From: Nitrososphaeraceae archaeon | Lineage (GTDB): Archaea; Thermoproteota; Nitrososphaeria; Nitrososphaerales; Nitrososphaeraceae | Length of the DNA stretch: 64,000 bases | Assembly: GCA_035643435.1 (NCBI GenBank) | Contig: DASQQK010000286.1 | Location: 8,706-72,705, forward strand | Direction: 5' to 3' | Part shown: piece after piece, positions 36,993-45,981 of the stretch | Layout: each line of letters starts with the position of its first letter | Numbering within the stretch: the stretch's first letter is position 1 | Program-made: the position numbers and the translations under genes | Notes under the pieces: generated by a model | What the model saw: the letters and a program-made list of their open reading frames with translations, nothing else | Database searches by the model: none | Told to the model about the DNA's origin: nothing

Positions 36993-38246
36993 TCAGAAAC
37001 CAGCATCAATCGGGGAGTCTGGTTTCATAATTTCTCGTAGAAGGGTAGTGGCGTAGGATCCCTTAGGCAATTTGAAACTGATCTGCAGAGATCCCGTATA
37101 ATTAAATCCTTTACACCAAAGAACCGATTGTCTGAATCCCCCACTAACGCTAAGTTCATGCATATCTCGTATGTAGAAATCTCTTGGAGCCAGACCTTCC
37201 TCTTTGAGTATTTTTTGTGATGTAGATTCGAATCGTCCTTTTCCAGCCTGAAACGAGTATCCTACAAGTCGTAACGCCGGAAGCACTGTAGAAGGGGTAT
37301 CGGTGCTGGCGTTTAGTTTCCTAATCTTTCCAAGTACATCGTTACCTTCAATCTCAAAGCACAAGTCGCCGTCACAGCACTTCGTTATATCTTCCCCATA
37401 AGACAGTAATTCACTTATACAAAGGTTGAATATATAGGCTTGATAGGCTTGAACGTACAACCGTCTAATTCCTATAGGAATCGTTCTTAATGCACGAATA
37501 TAGTCTCTCTTATGTAGTAACGACCGCACTACTTCTCTTTCAATATCCATACCCTTGGGCAATAGATCCATGAGTTTGTTGTAGTTACTTGGGTCAGACA
37601 ACTGTTCCCTAATCTCTCTGCTATATGTGGTATCATATTTGGTGGTCTCAGTTAGTAGCAATTCAGAAGCTCGCCTAAAATTCCTCTTGAGTATTTCTTT
37701 TCCAATTTTGTGTGTTACCATTCTTTCACTTCCAAATCTCTGTAGACCGTAGAAATTAGCTATCTCATCTATTTCAGGCAAGAAACTGGCCAGACCTATA
37801 TCCTTGGGTTCAGATATTAGAACAGTAAATTGATTTCCCCATAAATCAGATTTTGAAAGGAGGGTACGACTGTATCCTATAAGACAAATTTCAGTATGAA
37901 AAGTCTTGGCCCTTGGAGGGAGATATCTTCCTTTCTGAACCGTAGTAGCAAATTGCATTGTGTTCGCCTTGGCATCCTTTATGCCCAGGACTCTTAATTC
38001 TAAGTTAAGTTGGTTGCGTATTTCGATGATAGCATGATTAGAATCTATATTATACTTCCTTAGAACAAAAACCGGAAAGTGGTGGGTGGATGTTAGGCTC
38101 CTAGACAAGCTTTCAAGGTATTGTTTGTTCAAGATTTCCCTTACCAGAAAACTCTTTGAACTCTGTTTAATCCTTCCACCAATACCATGAAAAGAAGTAC
38201 AATAGTGCTTAATACCCGCTTGCTGGTCAATCAAAGGAACGGCCAC
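36993..38246 (-). CDS. truD: tRNA pseudouridine synthase D (TruD/Pus7 family)
   Basis: LRVLGIKDAKANTMQF (catalytic Asp context GxKDxxAxTxQ) and NFYGLQRFG are TruD hallmarks. Confidence 0.85.
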   Translation of the reverse strand: MAVPLIDQQAGIKHYCTSFHGIGGRIKQSSKSFLVREILNKQYLESLSRSLTSTHHFPVFVLRKYNIDSNHAIIEIRNQLNLELRVLGIKDAKANTMQFATTVQKGRYLPPRAKTFHTEICLIGYSRTLLSKSDLWGNQFTVLISEPKDIGLASFLPEIDEIANFYGLQRFGSERMVTHKIGKEILKRNFRRASELLLTETTKYDTTYSREIREQLSDPSNYNKLMDLLPKGMDIEREVVRSLLHKRDYIRALRTIPIGIRRLYVQAYQAYIFNLCISELLSYGEDITKCCDGDLCFEIEGNDVLGKIRKLNASTDTPSTVLPALRLVGYSFQAGKGRFESTSQKILKEEGLAPRDFYIRDMHELSVSGGFRQSVLWCKGFNYTGSLQISFKLPKGSYATTLLREIMKPDSPIDAGF

Positions 38247-38341
38247 CTTCAGAATCCAAAACCTCGCTATATAGAAGATCTCAAGCCCTCAACTCGAGCT
38301 AGGTTTCTGACAAATCAATTGATAACAGAACATTCTTTTAG

Positions 38342-38716
38342 CTACGATTCTTTTGCATCTAATTTAGCACATTTATAATATATCGTCCCATCGATAGTGA
38401 CATCTTCTATTCTTATTGAACGGAGGTTACCAACCCTATTAGCCTTTCTATGTACAATAATTCCAGATATATTGCTGATAATTTCTTGAAAAGACAACTT
38501 TAGCATTAGGTAGTTAATATCTTCTTCTCTAATTCCCGTAAACTCTGCGATTTCCTTGACTGAGAATGCCTTATCACTATTTCGACATAAGAAATCTACT
38601 ATGATTCGGTTTAGATCTTTATGAGCTTCGAATTCTGATGCATCGATAGGCGGAGGATTCATTACCCTGCTAGATAAATTGATACTTATATAACCGAATC
38701 TATTCCTTCTCCTCAA
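38342..38716 (-). CDS. winged-helix DNA-binding protein, function unknown
   Basis: IIVDFLCRNSDKAFSVKEIAEFTGIREEDINYLMLKL is wHTH-like. The true start may be the internal Met (MNPPPID). Confidence 0.4.
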   Translation of the reverse strand: MRRRNRFGYISINLSSRVMNPPPIDASEFEAHKDLNRIIVDFLCRNSDKAFSVKEIAEFTGIREEDINYLMLKLSFQEIISNISGIIVHRKANRVGNLRSIRIEDVTIDGTIYYKCAKLDAKES

Positions 38717-38781
38717 ATCCTACTCACCCACTTTTTTATGCTCAAATATGAAGGCAACATTAAAATGAGTTACAAGAAAAC

Positions 38782-39846
38782 CTACATATCTATTCTATCC
38801 AGCAACTCAACAACTTGTTCAAGACTCGGTGACTCGGCAGAATGACTACGAACGTAAAGCGAGGATGCAGCGTTCGCGAACATTAGTCTGTCTCTAGGAT
38901 CTAGACCCGCAAGATATGCAATAACATCGGCAGCATCCCATACGTCTCCCGCTCCAGTTAGGGTTTTGATTTCGCTTCTGATTGCTGGAACTATTTCGCT
39001 ATCTTTACCGTTTGACCAAGCTGATCCTAATTTGGTATGAACATCTATACTTATTCCGATTCTGCTAGATAGCTTCTGTGCTGCGTCTTTAATCTCTTGT
39101 CTTGAGTACGATTGCCAGGGTAACAAAGTGCCTAATCCCAACGATGATCCAAGCATATTACATTCATTCTCGTTAATGCTTAGCACATCTACGTCATTTG
39201 ATAAGAGAACAAGGATTTCAATAAATTCTTCGATCCTGGGTTGGAAATCAGCTGGATCTACGAAGTGTATAGCCTTTGGAGAGCTTTCAAAAACAAATTT
39301 CATTAATTCAGTTCCCTTTAGATTGCTTGCCCAATTCGCTACAATGACTGCGTCCGCTCTACGTAGTATATTCAAATGATCCTCTGTGTTCACTTTTCCT
39401 TTGCCAAATTCAGCATTATCGCCGACATCACTTAGCATTATATTCACCTTAGAATCGTCCCCTTCACAAAATTCTATCGAAGTAGTCTTTCCTTGTATCC
39501 CGTCAGAAATCATAATTTCTACATTTTCTCCGAATTTTTGAAATGTCGTTTCGATCACAGATCTAGCAATGTCATCTCCTACGGTAAAGAATGCTACCTT
39601 TCCCCCTAACTTAGCAATACTATAAGCAATGTTAGCAGCGTTCCCTCCTTTTCGATCAACAGTCGGGATTTCACGTATACTTCCTCCTCCTACGCGAATC
39701 TTATTAATGATCGACTGAAAAAGCTCATCTTGCGATCGCAAAAGTAAGATTCGGTCTAAAAAGAAATCGGGCATAGTAACTATCTGATTCATGTACGAAT
39801 AATAATTCTTGATTGCTATGGATATGTTCCTTATTCCTTTTTCCAA
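38782..39846 (-). CDS. PfkB-family carbohydrate/nucleoside kinase
   Basis: GGNAANIAYSIAKLGGKVAFFTVGDD near the N-terminus and the C-terminal TGAGDVWDAADVIAYLAG are the PfkB signatures. Confidence 0.8.
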   Translation of the reverse strand: MEKGIRNISIAIKNYYSYMNQIVTMPDFFLDRILLLRSQDELFQSIINKIRVGGGSIREIPTVDRKGGNAANIAYSIAKLGGKVAFFTVGDDIARSVIETTFQKFGENVEIMISDGIQGKTTSIEFCEGDDSKVNIMLSDVGDNAEFGKGKVNTEDHLNILRRADAVIVANWASNLKGTELMKFVFESSPKAIHFVDPADFQPRIEEFIEILVLLSNDVDVLSINENECNMLGSSLGLGTLLPWQSYSRQEIKDAAQKLSSRIGISIDVHTKLGSAWSNGKDSEIVPAIRSEIKTLTGAGDVWDAADVIAYLAGLDPRDRLMFANAASSLYVRSHSAESPSLEQVVELLDRIDM

Positions 39847-39967
39847 TGTTACACCTCTTTCTGAAGAGGGTTATATTGTTTGTCAACTATGAAAGTAAGC
39901 TGCAAGTACAAGTTGTGAGCCAGACAAAATAGATTAGATTTTCAAAATAAAGCAGATTTTCATAAAG

Positions 39968-40540
39968 TTACAGGCTGGACCAACCTCGATAATTGCTCAA
40001 TACTTTCTTTTCGTTTGGAGAGGGAACAACTCTTAATTTTGCATCATCAAATTTCTTTGTCAATTCTTTTCCGTTAAAAATTCTGTCCAGGCATATCGCT
40101 AACGCTGCTATTTCAGAATGAGGTTGGTTTCCTATTGCTACGTTATAATCAGAAACTTGGTAAACCTCTCTAGGAACCTTGGAAGCGCCCACCACGACAA
40201 GCAGCTTATCACAATTGCGTAATTCGTCTATGACCTCATCTATGTTTAGGCCGTACATGGTCAGATGAACTATCTTTCCGCCTCCGTCCTTCCAACGTTT
40301 TATTATCGATTTCCAATTCTCAATTATTTCTATGTCAAAATGCCGTCCGCCCCATCTCTCTATAATCTTATCCACCGTTGACTTAATCGAATCATCCACT
40401 TCATTCATGTAAATTCGATCACAACCTAATGCTCTAGCAACTAGAGCAATGTGAGTGGTTACACGATCATCTCGGACGAATCTATGTCCCATTCTCAGAA
40501 TCGATACTTTCAAACAAGATCTCCTAGCTGGATTATTCAT
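39968..40540 (-). CDS. trm56: tRNA (cytidine56-2'-O)-methyltransferase (aTrm56, SPOUT)
   Basis: VSILRMGHRFVRDDRVTTHIALVARALGCDRIYM matches the archaeal Trm56 N-terminal signature (LRLGHRxxRDxRxTTHVxLxARAFGA, from memory). Confidence 0.8.
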   Translation of the reverse strand: MNNPARRSCLKVSILRMGHRFVRDDRVTTHIALVARALGCDRIYMNEVDDSIKSTVDKIIERWGGRHFDIEIIENWKSIIKRWKDGGGKIVHLTMYGLNIDEVIDELRNCDKLLVVVGASKVPREVYQVSDYNVAIGNQPHSEIAALAICLDRIFNGKELTKKFDDAKLRVVPSPNEKKVLSNYRGWSSL

Positions 40541-40740
40541 CGTTTATTCTTATTCTTCATAAACTTTTCTTAAGATCGAAAATTTGTATGTAAACCGTAG
40601 CATTAGGGCGACAGAAGGCATGATCCCAATGCATCTGATAGAGGTCTGCAATTAATTATTAATAGATGTCAGCATTTAATTATTAGCCCTACGGAATTAT
40701 GATAGGAATATATATGATCCAACTACGAACAGTGTAACAT

Positions 40741-40834
40741 GCCGTCGTAGCTCAGCCTGGGAGAGCACTCGACCAATTGGCGTGGGGTGAAGCTGAAGAC
40801 CGAGCTGTCGTGAGCTCAAATCTCACCGACGGCA
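40741..40834 (+). tRNA. tRNA-Phe (anticodon GAA) with ~20-nt intron at a non-canonical position in the anticodon stem (30/31)
   Basis: GCCGTCG-TA-GCTCAGCCTGGGAGAGC-A-CTCG[accaattggcgtggggtgaa]G-CTGAAGA-CCGAG-CTGTC-GTGAG-CTCAAAT-CTCAC-CGACGGC-A. Removing the 20 nt restores a perfect CTCGG/CCGAG stem and the classic CUGAAGA loop. Confidence 0.7.
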
Positions 40835-41065
40835 TTTTCAGTAAGGGATATTCAAGTATCAGATCGAAATAATAAAAAATACCCGCCTTAATACAGTATC
40901 TGATGCTCCATCACTTGATAAGAAGACTCTTCTGTAATCATGTGGAATCTTTCTCTTTTCGGAAGTATAATGATTTTGACTTTCGTGAATACGATCAGTG
41001 TTCTAAATGCGGTAAAATTCTGAGACATATGAAAGGATTTGACGAAGATCTGCGTGGCTAGGTAA

Positions 41066-41278
41066 ATGGCGAAATCAAACTTACAAACATTGATTGTTAT
41101 TTGGTGGGTAGGTGCGGCCCTTGCGGGTATCTCTTTGCTCATCCCATTATACGATGTTTATCTCATTGTTGGTATCACGGGCTGGATTATAATGCTAATA
41201 AGCACCTCTTTAATCATTTATATGATCAAGAAGATTAAGAACGTAAACCAAGGTAAAGAGCTACCTCAGAACAAGTAA
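41066..41278 (+). CDS. small two-TM membrane protein
   Basis: 70 aa with two clear hydrophobic helices and a basic tail. Preferred over the overlapping antisense ORF 40888..41142. Confidence 0.35.
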   Translation: MAKSNLQTLIVIWWVGAALAGISLLIPLYDVYLIVGITGWIIMLISTSLIIYMIKKIKNVNQGKELPQNK

Positions 41279-41422
41279 ATATTGAAAGCATAATATCCAA
41301 ATTTTTGTCTGGATTTCTATCTCTTGGATTAGCCTTGCGAAGTTTTAATATGTCGTTCTAGTACATCATACAATTGATCTCTTCGAGTTTGAAATACTGA
41401 CTAAAAGTATGAGCACGATTCT

Positions 41423-41671
41423 TTATTCCTTACCTCCTTGTTCTTCAATAACTACTAATGTTACGGTGGAAGTTATTCCTGGGATTTTTCTAATCTTGTT
41501 AGTTATAGTGTGGTTCATTGCTTCAGTATTTTCTGATTTTACCTTCACGAATACGTCATGAACCCCATACGTTCCCCTTACCTCTCTCACGTCAGGCAAA
41601 TTGGAGATTTCACTAATAATTCGCTCTTCCGATCCCAATGTGCAGTTTACCAATATGTAAGCCGTAGGCAT
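41423..41671 (-). CDS. stand-alone Lrp/AsnC ligand-binding (RAM) domain protein
   Basis: AYILVNCTLGSEERIISEISNLPDVREVRGTYGVHDVFVKVKSE...IPGITSTVTLVV has the typical RAM-domain beta-alpha-beta-beta-alpha-beta pattern. Confidence 0.7.
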   Translation of the reverse strand: MPTAYILVNCTLGSEERIISEISNLPDVREVRGTYGVHDVFVKVKSENTEAMNHTITNKIRKIPGITSTVTLVVIEEQGGKE

Positions 41672-41764
41672 TTAGATTTCTTCTATATCCTTGAGTATTT
41701 TAGTGTTATCAGCACCTATTAAGACAGAAAAAGAATTCATATGGGAACATCGAATTGATCTCGG

Positions 41765-42346
41765 ATGAATAAGAGGAAAGCAATTTATATTCTTTCAGCT
41801 GCCGCAATAGCTATAGCCGCCGGTCTGACCTACTGGGTGATTGCATCTAGTAACCAGACAGTTGAACGGCAAGCCCCTGCACCGACTGCCCAAACCCCTG
41901 CGAACACAGAAAGTTCGATAGATAGGGCAGATAATCCTATTGATATTTCGATCGATAATATTACGGTCACACCAATTGACAGTTCACATTCTAATTTACA
42001 GATTACATTTGACGCTCATAATCCCAATAGCGGCACTATTATCCTTGAGTCAATTCAGTACAAGATTCTAGTTAACAATAGCGAAATTGCATCAGGTGAG
42101 ATTGGTGAAAGATTGCAAGGCTTTCTTGCGTCTCAAGAAAACGTCTTTCCAATAATAGCTTCTGGAAGCGTAACCCTAAAAGATACCGATCTTCTTACCC
42201 GGAACAGCAGGAATTCAGATATCTGGAATCAATTGAATTCGGACATAGTAGAGTCTTACCAAGTGAATGGCACATATTCCTTTAGCCAGACTTCCACACT
42301 CCAGGCCAGTGGAGGAGACCGACCTTTCACTTTAAGGTTCCCTTGA
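41765..42346 (+). CDS. LEA_2 (LEA14-like) domain membrane-anchored protein
   Basis: An N-terminal TM, then ISIDNITVTPIDSSHSNLQITFDAHNPNSGTIILESIQYKILVNNSEIASGEIG. Same architecture as 26249..26794. Confidence 0.55.
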   Translation: MNKRKAIYILSAAAIAIAAGLTYWVIASSNQTVERQAPAPTAQTPANTESSIDRADNPIDISIDNITVTPIDSSHSNLQITFDAHNPNSGTIILESIQYKILVNNSEIASGEIGERLQGFLASQENVFPIIASGSVTLKDTDLLTRNSRNSDIWNQLNSDIVESYQVNGTYSFSQTSTLQASGGDRPFTLRFP

Positions 42347-42997
42347 TTAATCAGGTTCATTCTTGGACTTGCCAAATATACTTTCTATTGAGAAGCTGGT
42401 TTCTTTTCTTTCCATCATGTAACACCTTCCGTAATATTTGCAAGTCATGCACGATTCAGACGGCTCAACGATGGGCACTCTCTTTTCTTTGAGCAGCGTA
42501 CTCAGGACCCTAGCTCTTCTAATTAATTCCTCGAACATTTTCGCACTTTTTGCTACTGCAAATTCTGATGATTTCCCATCCCCTCGTACATAGATCAAAA
42601 TTCCTTCTGGTTTGTCAAAAGCATAAAGACAGGCATTGAGGTATAGCAAATCTTGAGGCCTGGGAGAATTTGGCAAGGAATCTGTTGTTTGCAACCTTAC
42701 TACAAGCTCCTTCTCTAGTATGACATCTGCTACAACTATAAGGGTCAACGAATCTGTCTTATACTCTGCTTCTACGTCCTCGAATGAATGCCTTAGTCCA
42801 TGCATCAAGAGGATTTGAAATATTTCTGCTAAATTTGAACTAATTGGATCGACTCTTTCGTAATATGATAGCCTTGTGCACTGAGAGGCTTCAGATGCAT
42901 AGATTCTAGTCGGATCATTACTTATTCTTCTTAACTTTTTATGCCTTTCATTCATGTAACTCAATATCATCTTCCTGAAATCCCTGCCCCCTAACAT
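42347..42997 (-). CDS. Cas4/RecB-like PD-(D/E)XK-fold nuclease with 4-Cys cluster (stand-alone; putative)
   Basis: One N-terminal Cys (ASQCTRLSYYERV) and a C-terminal CMTCKYYGRC (CxxCx5C), which is the Cas4/AddB-type Fe-S ligand pattern. A QDLLY (QxxxY) motif is present. I could not place the catalytic D...ExK confidently by eye. Confidence 0.45.
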   Translation of the reverse strand: MLGGRDFRKMILSYMNERHKKLRRISNDPTRIYASEASQCTRLSYYERVDPISSNLAEIFQILLMHGLRHSFEDVEAEYKTDSLTLIVVADVILEKELVVRLQTTDSLPNSPRPQDLLYLNACLYAFDKPEGILIYVRGDGKSSEFAVAKSAKMFEELIRRARVLSTLLKEKRVPIVEPSESCMTCKYYGRCYMMERKETSFSIESIFGKSKNEPD

Positions 42998-43091
42998 ACA
43001 TCCATACTACGTCGTAATGGTATTTGAAATTATTATGAGTAATATTTGTGTAGACTCAAAAATTCTCCTCAGTTTCAACACATTAGGGTAG

Positions 43092-43101
43092 GTTTAAATA
43101 C
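43092..43101 (+). promoter_or_regulatory. TATA-box-like element upstream of tfb
   Basis: gtttaaatac lies ~40 nt upstream of the ATG at 43139, a spacing compatible with a short 5' leader. Confidence 0.3.
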
Positions 43102-43138
43102 TTGAGTGCAGATTGTACAGCTGTTTTTATATAAGATA

Positions 43139-44053
43139 ATGAAAAGTTCAATCAAGTGTCCCGTTTGCAACCGAAGCAATCAAAATATTGCAGACCCTGA
43201 TTCTGGTGAGATTATTTGTGGCAATTGTGGCACAGTCATTTTAGAAAATGTCGAGGAAAATAGAGCAGAGTGGAGAGCATTTAGTGTGGAAGAAGCTAAT
43301 CATCGGAGCAGAACTGGAATGCCAACGTCACTGGCCAGGCATGATATGGGGCTTGCTACTGTAATCGGTAGATCTGATAAGGATGCAAGTGGGAAAGGGT
43401 TAGATTCTGTGGTCCGCTCTACAATGGATAGATTGAGAGCTTGGGATTTTAGAACGCAGGCATATTCACCTGCAGATAGGAATCTTCGACATGCTTTCAG
43501 TATTCTAGAAAGAATTAGAGATAAGCTTGGGCTATCAGAAGCAGCTATCGAGAAAACTGCTTATATTTATAGAAAAGCCCAAGAGAGGGGATTGGTTCGT
43601 GGGAGAACCATACCATCAGTGCTCTCTGCGGCAGCATATATAGCTTGCAGGGAAATGGGGATTTCTAGAACACTTAGCGATATCTCAGATCTCACAAATA
43701 TCAAAAGAAAAGAGTTGGCAAGAACTACTCGATTGCTTATACTGGAGTTAGATTTGAAGGTACCTATGGTCGACCCCATAAAATGTATCGTAAAAGTGGC
43801 CAATAAGACGAGGTTGAGTGAACGAACTAAGCGTGAAGCCATGAGTATTATGCAAAATGTTACGAAGCACGGAATTTCTGCAGGAAAGGATCCAATGGGT
43901 TTAGCTGGCTCAGTGCTGTATTTGTCGTCGAAAAACGTGGGAGAAACTATTACACAAATGGATATTGCCGAAGCTGCTGGTGTGACAGAGGTTACAATTA
44001 GGAATCGCTTCAAGGATCTCAAGAGTCGATTGGAACTTAATTCGAACTATTAG
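43139..44053 (+). CDS. tfb: transcription initiation factor IIB (TFB)
   Basis: N-terminal zinc ribbon CPVC...CGNCG, the B-reader/linker region, and two cyclin-fold repeats (RGRTIPSVLSAAAYIACRE..., KDPMGLAGSVLYLSS...TQMDIAEAAGVTEVTIRNR). The ATG at 43139 is preferred over the GTG at 43106. Confidence 0.92.
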   Translation: MKSSIKCPVCNRSNQNIADPDSGEIICGNCGTVILENVEENRAEWRAFSVEEANHRSRTGMPTSLARHDMGLATVIGRSDKDASGKGLDSVVRSTMDRLRAWDFRTQAYSPADRNLRHAFSILERIRDKLGLSEAAIEKTAYIYRKAQERGLVRGRTIPSVLSAAAYIACREMGISRTLSDISDLTNIKRKELARTTRLLILELDLKVPMVDPIKCIVKVANKTRLSERTKREAMSIMQNVTKHGISAGKDPMGLAGSVLYLSSKNVGETITQMDIAEAAGVTEVTIRNRFKDLKSRLELNSNY

Positions 44054-44124
44054 CACATTTCGTTCTTAATTATTTACAATACGGGGAGAACAAATACAAA
44101 TACAAATTCATATACAAGCGTACA

Positions 44125-44199
44125 TGCGAAGTGCGGGATTTGAACCCGCGATCCCGAGCTTGGGAAGCTCGTACCTTAACCAGTCTGGGCTAACTTCGC
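44125..44199 (-). tRNA. tRNA-Gly (anticodon CCC)
   Basis: The reverse complement reads GCGAAGT-TA-...-CGAGC-TTCCCAA-GCTCG-GGATC-GCGGG-TTCAAAT-CCCGC-ACTTCGC-A, a clean cloverleaf. Confidence 0.9.
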
Positions 44200-44375
44200 T
44201 GTATTCTGTCTATCTTACATAATCCAATATAACTGTGCTCAATCAATGGATCCTCCTACAATGTCCGAGGCAATATCCGAGGCCCCTCTTTCGCCCGTTT
44301 AGAATTCGAAGTGCTGTCGCAGGTTCACAGGTTCACAGTCAGATTCCATCCATTATCTACTTGATTTCTCCGTCT

Positions 44376-44687
44376 CTAAATCTCTACGAAAAGTGTATCA
44401 TCTTCAATTATCACCCTATAAGATCCTACTGGTTCTAGGAATTCGCGGAACCAAATCAATTGTCCAGTTGTTAGATCCCATTTTGCTCCATGCCATGGGC
44501 AAGTAAGCTCCTTATTATGTATTCTGCCTTTATGTAATTCCGCACCTTCATGCGTGCAGGTATTACCGGTTGCAAAATATCTTCCCTGAATGTTTGCCAA
44601 TAAGATTTGCCTACCTCCAAGCGTAACATTGATGAATTCACCCTCTTGAACGATAGACCTTTTGCCGACGAGAACCCTAGTGGCCAC
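44376..44687 (-). CDS. Rieske [2Fe-2S] domain protein (small, soluble)
   Basis: CTHEGAELHKGRIHNKELTCPWHGAKWD carries the CxH...CxxH motif. Confidence 0.8.
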   Translation of the reverse strand: MATRVLVGKRSIVQEGEFINVTLGGRQILLANIQGRYFATGNTCTHEGAELHKGRIHNKELTCPWHGAKWDLTTGQLIWFREFLEPVGSYRVIIEDDTLFVEI

Positions 44688-44918
44688 GCTTTCTGACTCT
44701 CTGGAGCTATATTTAATTTCTGGCTAGTATTCTCATATCGATCTTTCAAAATTTCCAAATTATGTTGATATTCAAACTAGGAATCTTCATTTTCTGATGT
44801 TCTATGTTCTAATAGACATAAATATGTCGCATCTTCGATGTACTTTAATGTGCGAAAACCAGGTTATTGGTCTGCATCGGTTTGTATTCTGGATTGCATC
44901 TAGACCACATCGTCGACC

Positions 44919-45386
44919 CTAGTTCTGTATTAGCGCTATAACAGGATCCCAATCCAGCTGCTGGAACGAAACAGGGTCTTTAAGTGGATATTTTACCCAT
45001 CCTTTCACAACCATAAATTTGTAGCCTTTAGTTTCCTCGCTTTCAGCAAACTTTACTTTGAGCACCGTTCCCCATCTTTTCTTATCTTGCCCGATGTTGA
45101 TTATTTTGCTAAAGGGAATATCTATGTTTTTATCATTTTCAGCCAGATCATTCTCCAGGTCAATTTCAGTGTATTGTTGTATGGGCATGAAGACAGACTC
45201 ACCGTCTTTAAACCGCTTAAGCTGTCTCAGGGAGTATTCGTCATGTACCCTAAACTTCATTCTCGTTTTGACCACAAAAGCAATACGCATATTCGTAATT
45301 ACTAGCATTCCCTCCTTCCCTCGCTTCAAGAAACCCTCTTCCTGGCCCCAAATCCACATAATATGATACTTTATTTTCTCCAACAT
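44919..45386 (-). CDS. hypothetical protein (possible PH/GRAM-like fold)
   Basis: 155 aa. GMLVITNMRIAFV resembles the first strands of bacterial PH/GRAM-like domains. The support is weak. Confidence 0.4.
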   Translation of the reverse strand: MLEKIKYHIMWIWGQEEGFLKRGKEGMLVITNMRIAFVVKTRMKFRVHDEYSLRQLKRFKDGESVFMPIQQYTEIDLENDLAENDKNIDIPFSKIINIGQDKKRWGTVLKVKFAESEETKGYKFMVVKGWVKYPLKDPVSFQQLDWDPVIALIQN

Positions 45387-45489
45387 TTGATCCCGATCGC
45401 AGTTGATCGATATATTTTAGAGGCTAAGAACTATTCGTAAACCCAGCTTTCGCCCCTAGATCAGAAAAAAAAATTTAGGCCTTACGACT

Positions 45490-45783
45490 TTAACCTTCTT
45501 CCCAGCCCTTTGTGAATAACGCATTCTTCTTCAGTGGAATTGGCTGACCTGGGGTATATTCCATTGGTCTCATCCAGAAGATTGCCTTTGTTGGACAAAC
45601 GCCTATGCAGGCCCCATCAGATATGCATCTTTCAGGATAAAACACGAATGCTTTCCCTCTCTTCCAACCTTCAACTGGTTTTACTCTCAAGACATCCGGG
45701 CCTAGTGCAGTACATATTTCTACGCAAAGAGCACACCCTATACAGTGTTGTTCGCTAACATCTGGAATTATTGCGACTGGCAT
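45490..45783 (-). CDS. dicluster ferredoxin, 7-Cys type (CxxCxxCxxxC + CxxDxxCxxxCP)
   Basis: CIGCALCVEIC and CISDGACIGVCP. In the second motif Asp replaces the second Cys, as in 3Fe/Asp-ligated clusters. Confidence 0.8.
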   Translation of the reverse strand: MPVAIIPDVSEQHCIGCALCVEICTALGPDVLRVKPVEGWKRGKAFVFYPERCISDGACIGVCPTKAIFWMRPMEYTPGQPIPLKKNALFTKGWEEG

Positions 45784-45981
45784 CTATATCACTAAATCTC
45801 GTTTCTTGATGAAACTATTTAAACACTATGCCAAATCTATAACACCGATATAAAGTGAGACTCAACAAATATCAAACAAACTCACTCTTCGTACAGTGGT
45901 TGTAAGGGCGATGAAGAATTTTTAGTTTTGCCTGGCAAAATTATATTGGTAGGTGCAGGATAATAATAGCATAGAACAAAA

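Noticed and set aside
40888-41142. 84-aa minus-strand ORF next to tRNA-Phe
   Set aside because: There is no motif, and it overlaps the more plausible two-TM ORF 41066..41278. Both are weak and only the latter is listed.
43124-43134. Strong TATA-like tttttatataa immediately upstream of the tfb ATG
   Set aside because: It lies only ~5-10 nt from the ATG at 43139, so a TSS ~25 nt downstream would fall inside the zinc-ribbon coding region. The tttaaata element at 43093-43100 fits better as the promoter.
44320-44340. aggttcac-aggttcac tandem 8-mer near tRNA-Gly
   Set aside because: With only two copies of 8 nt it is likely chance.
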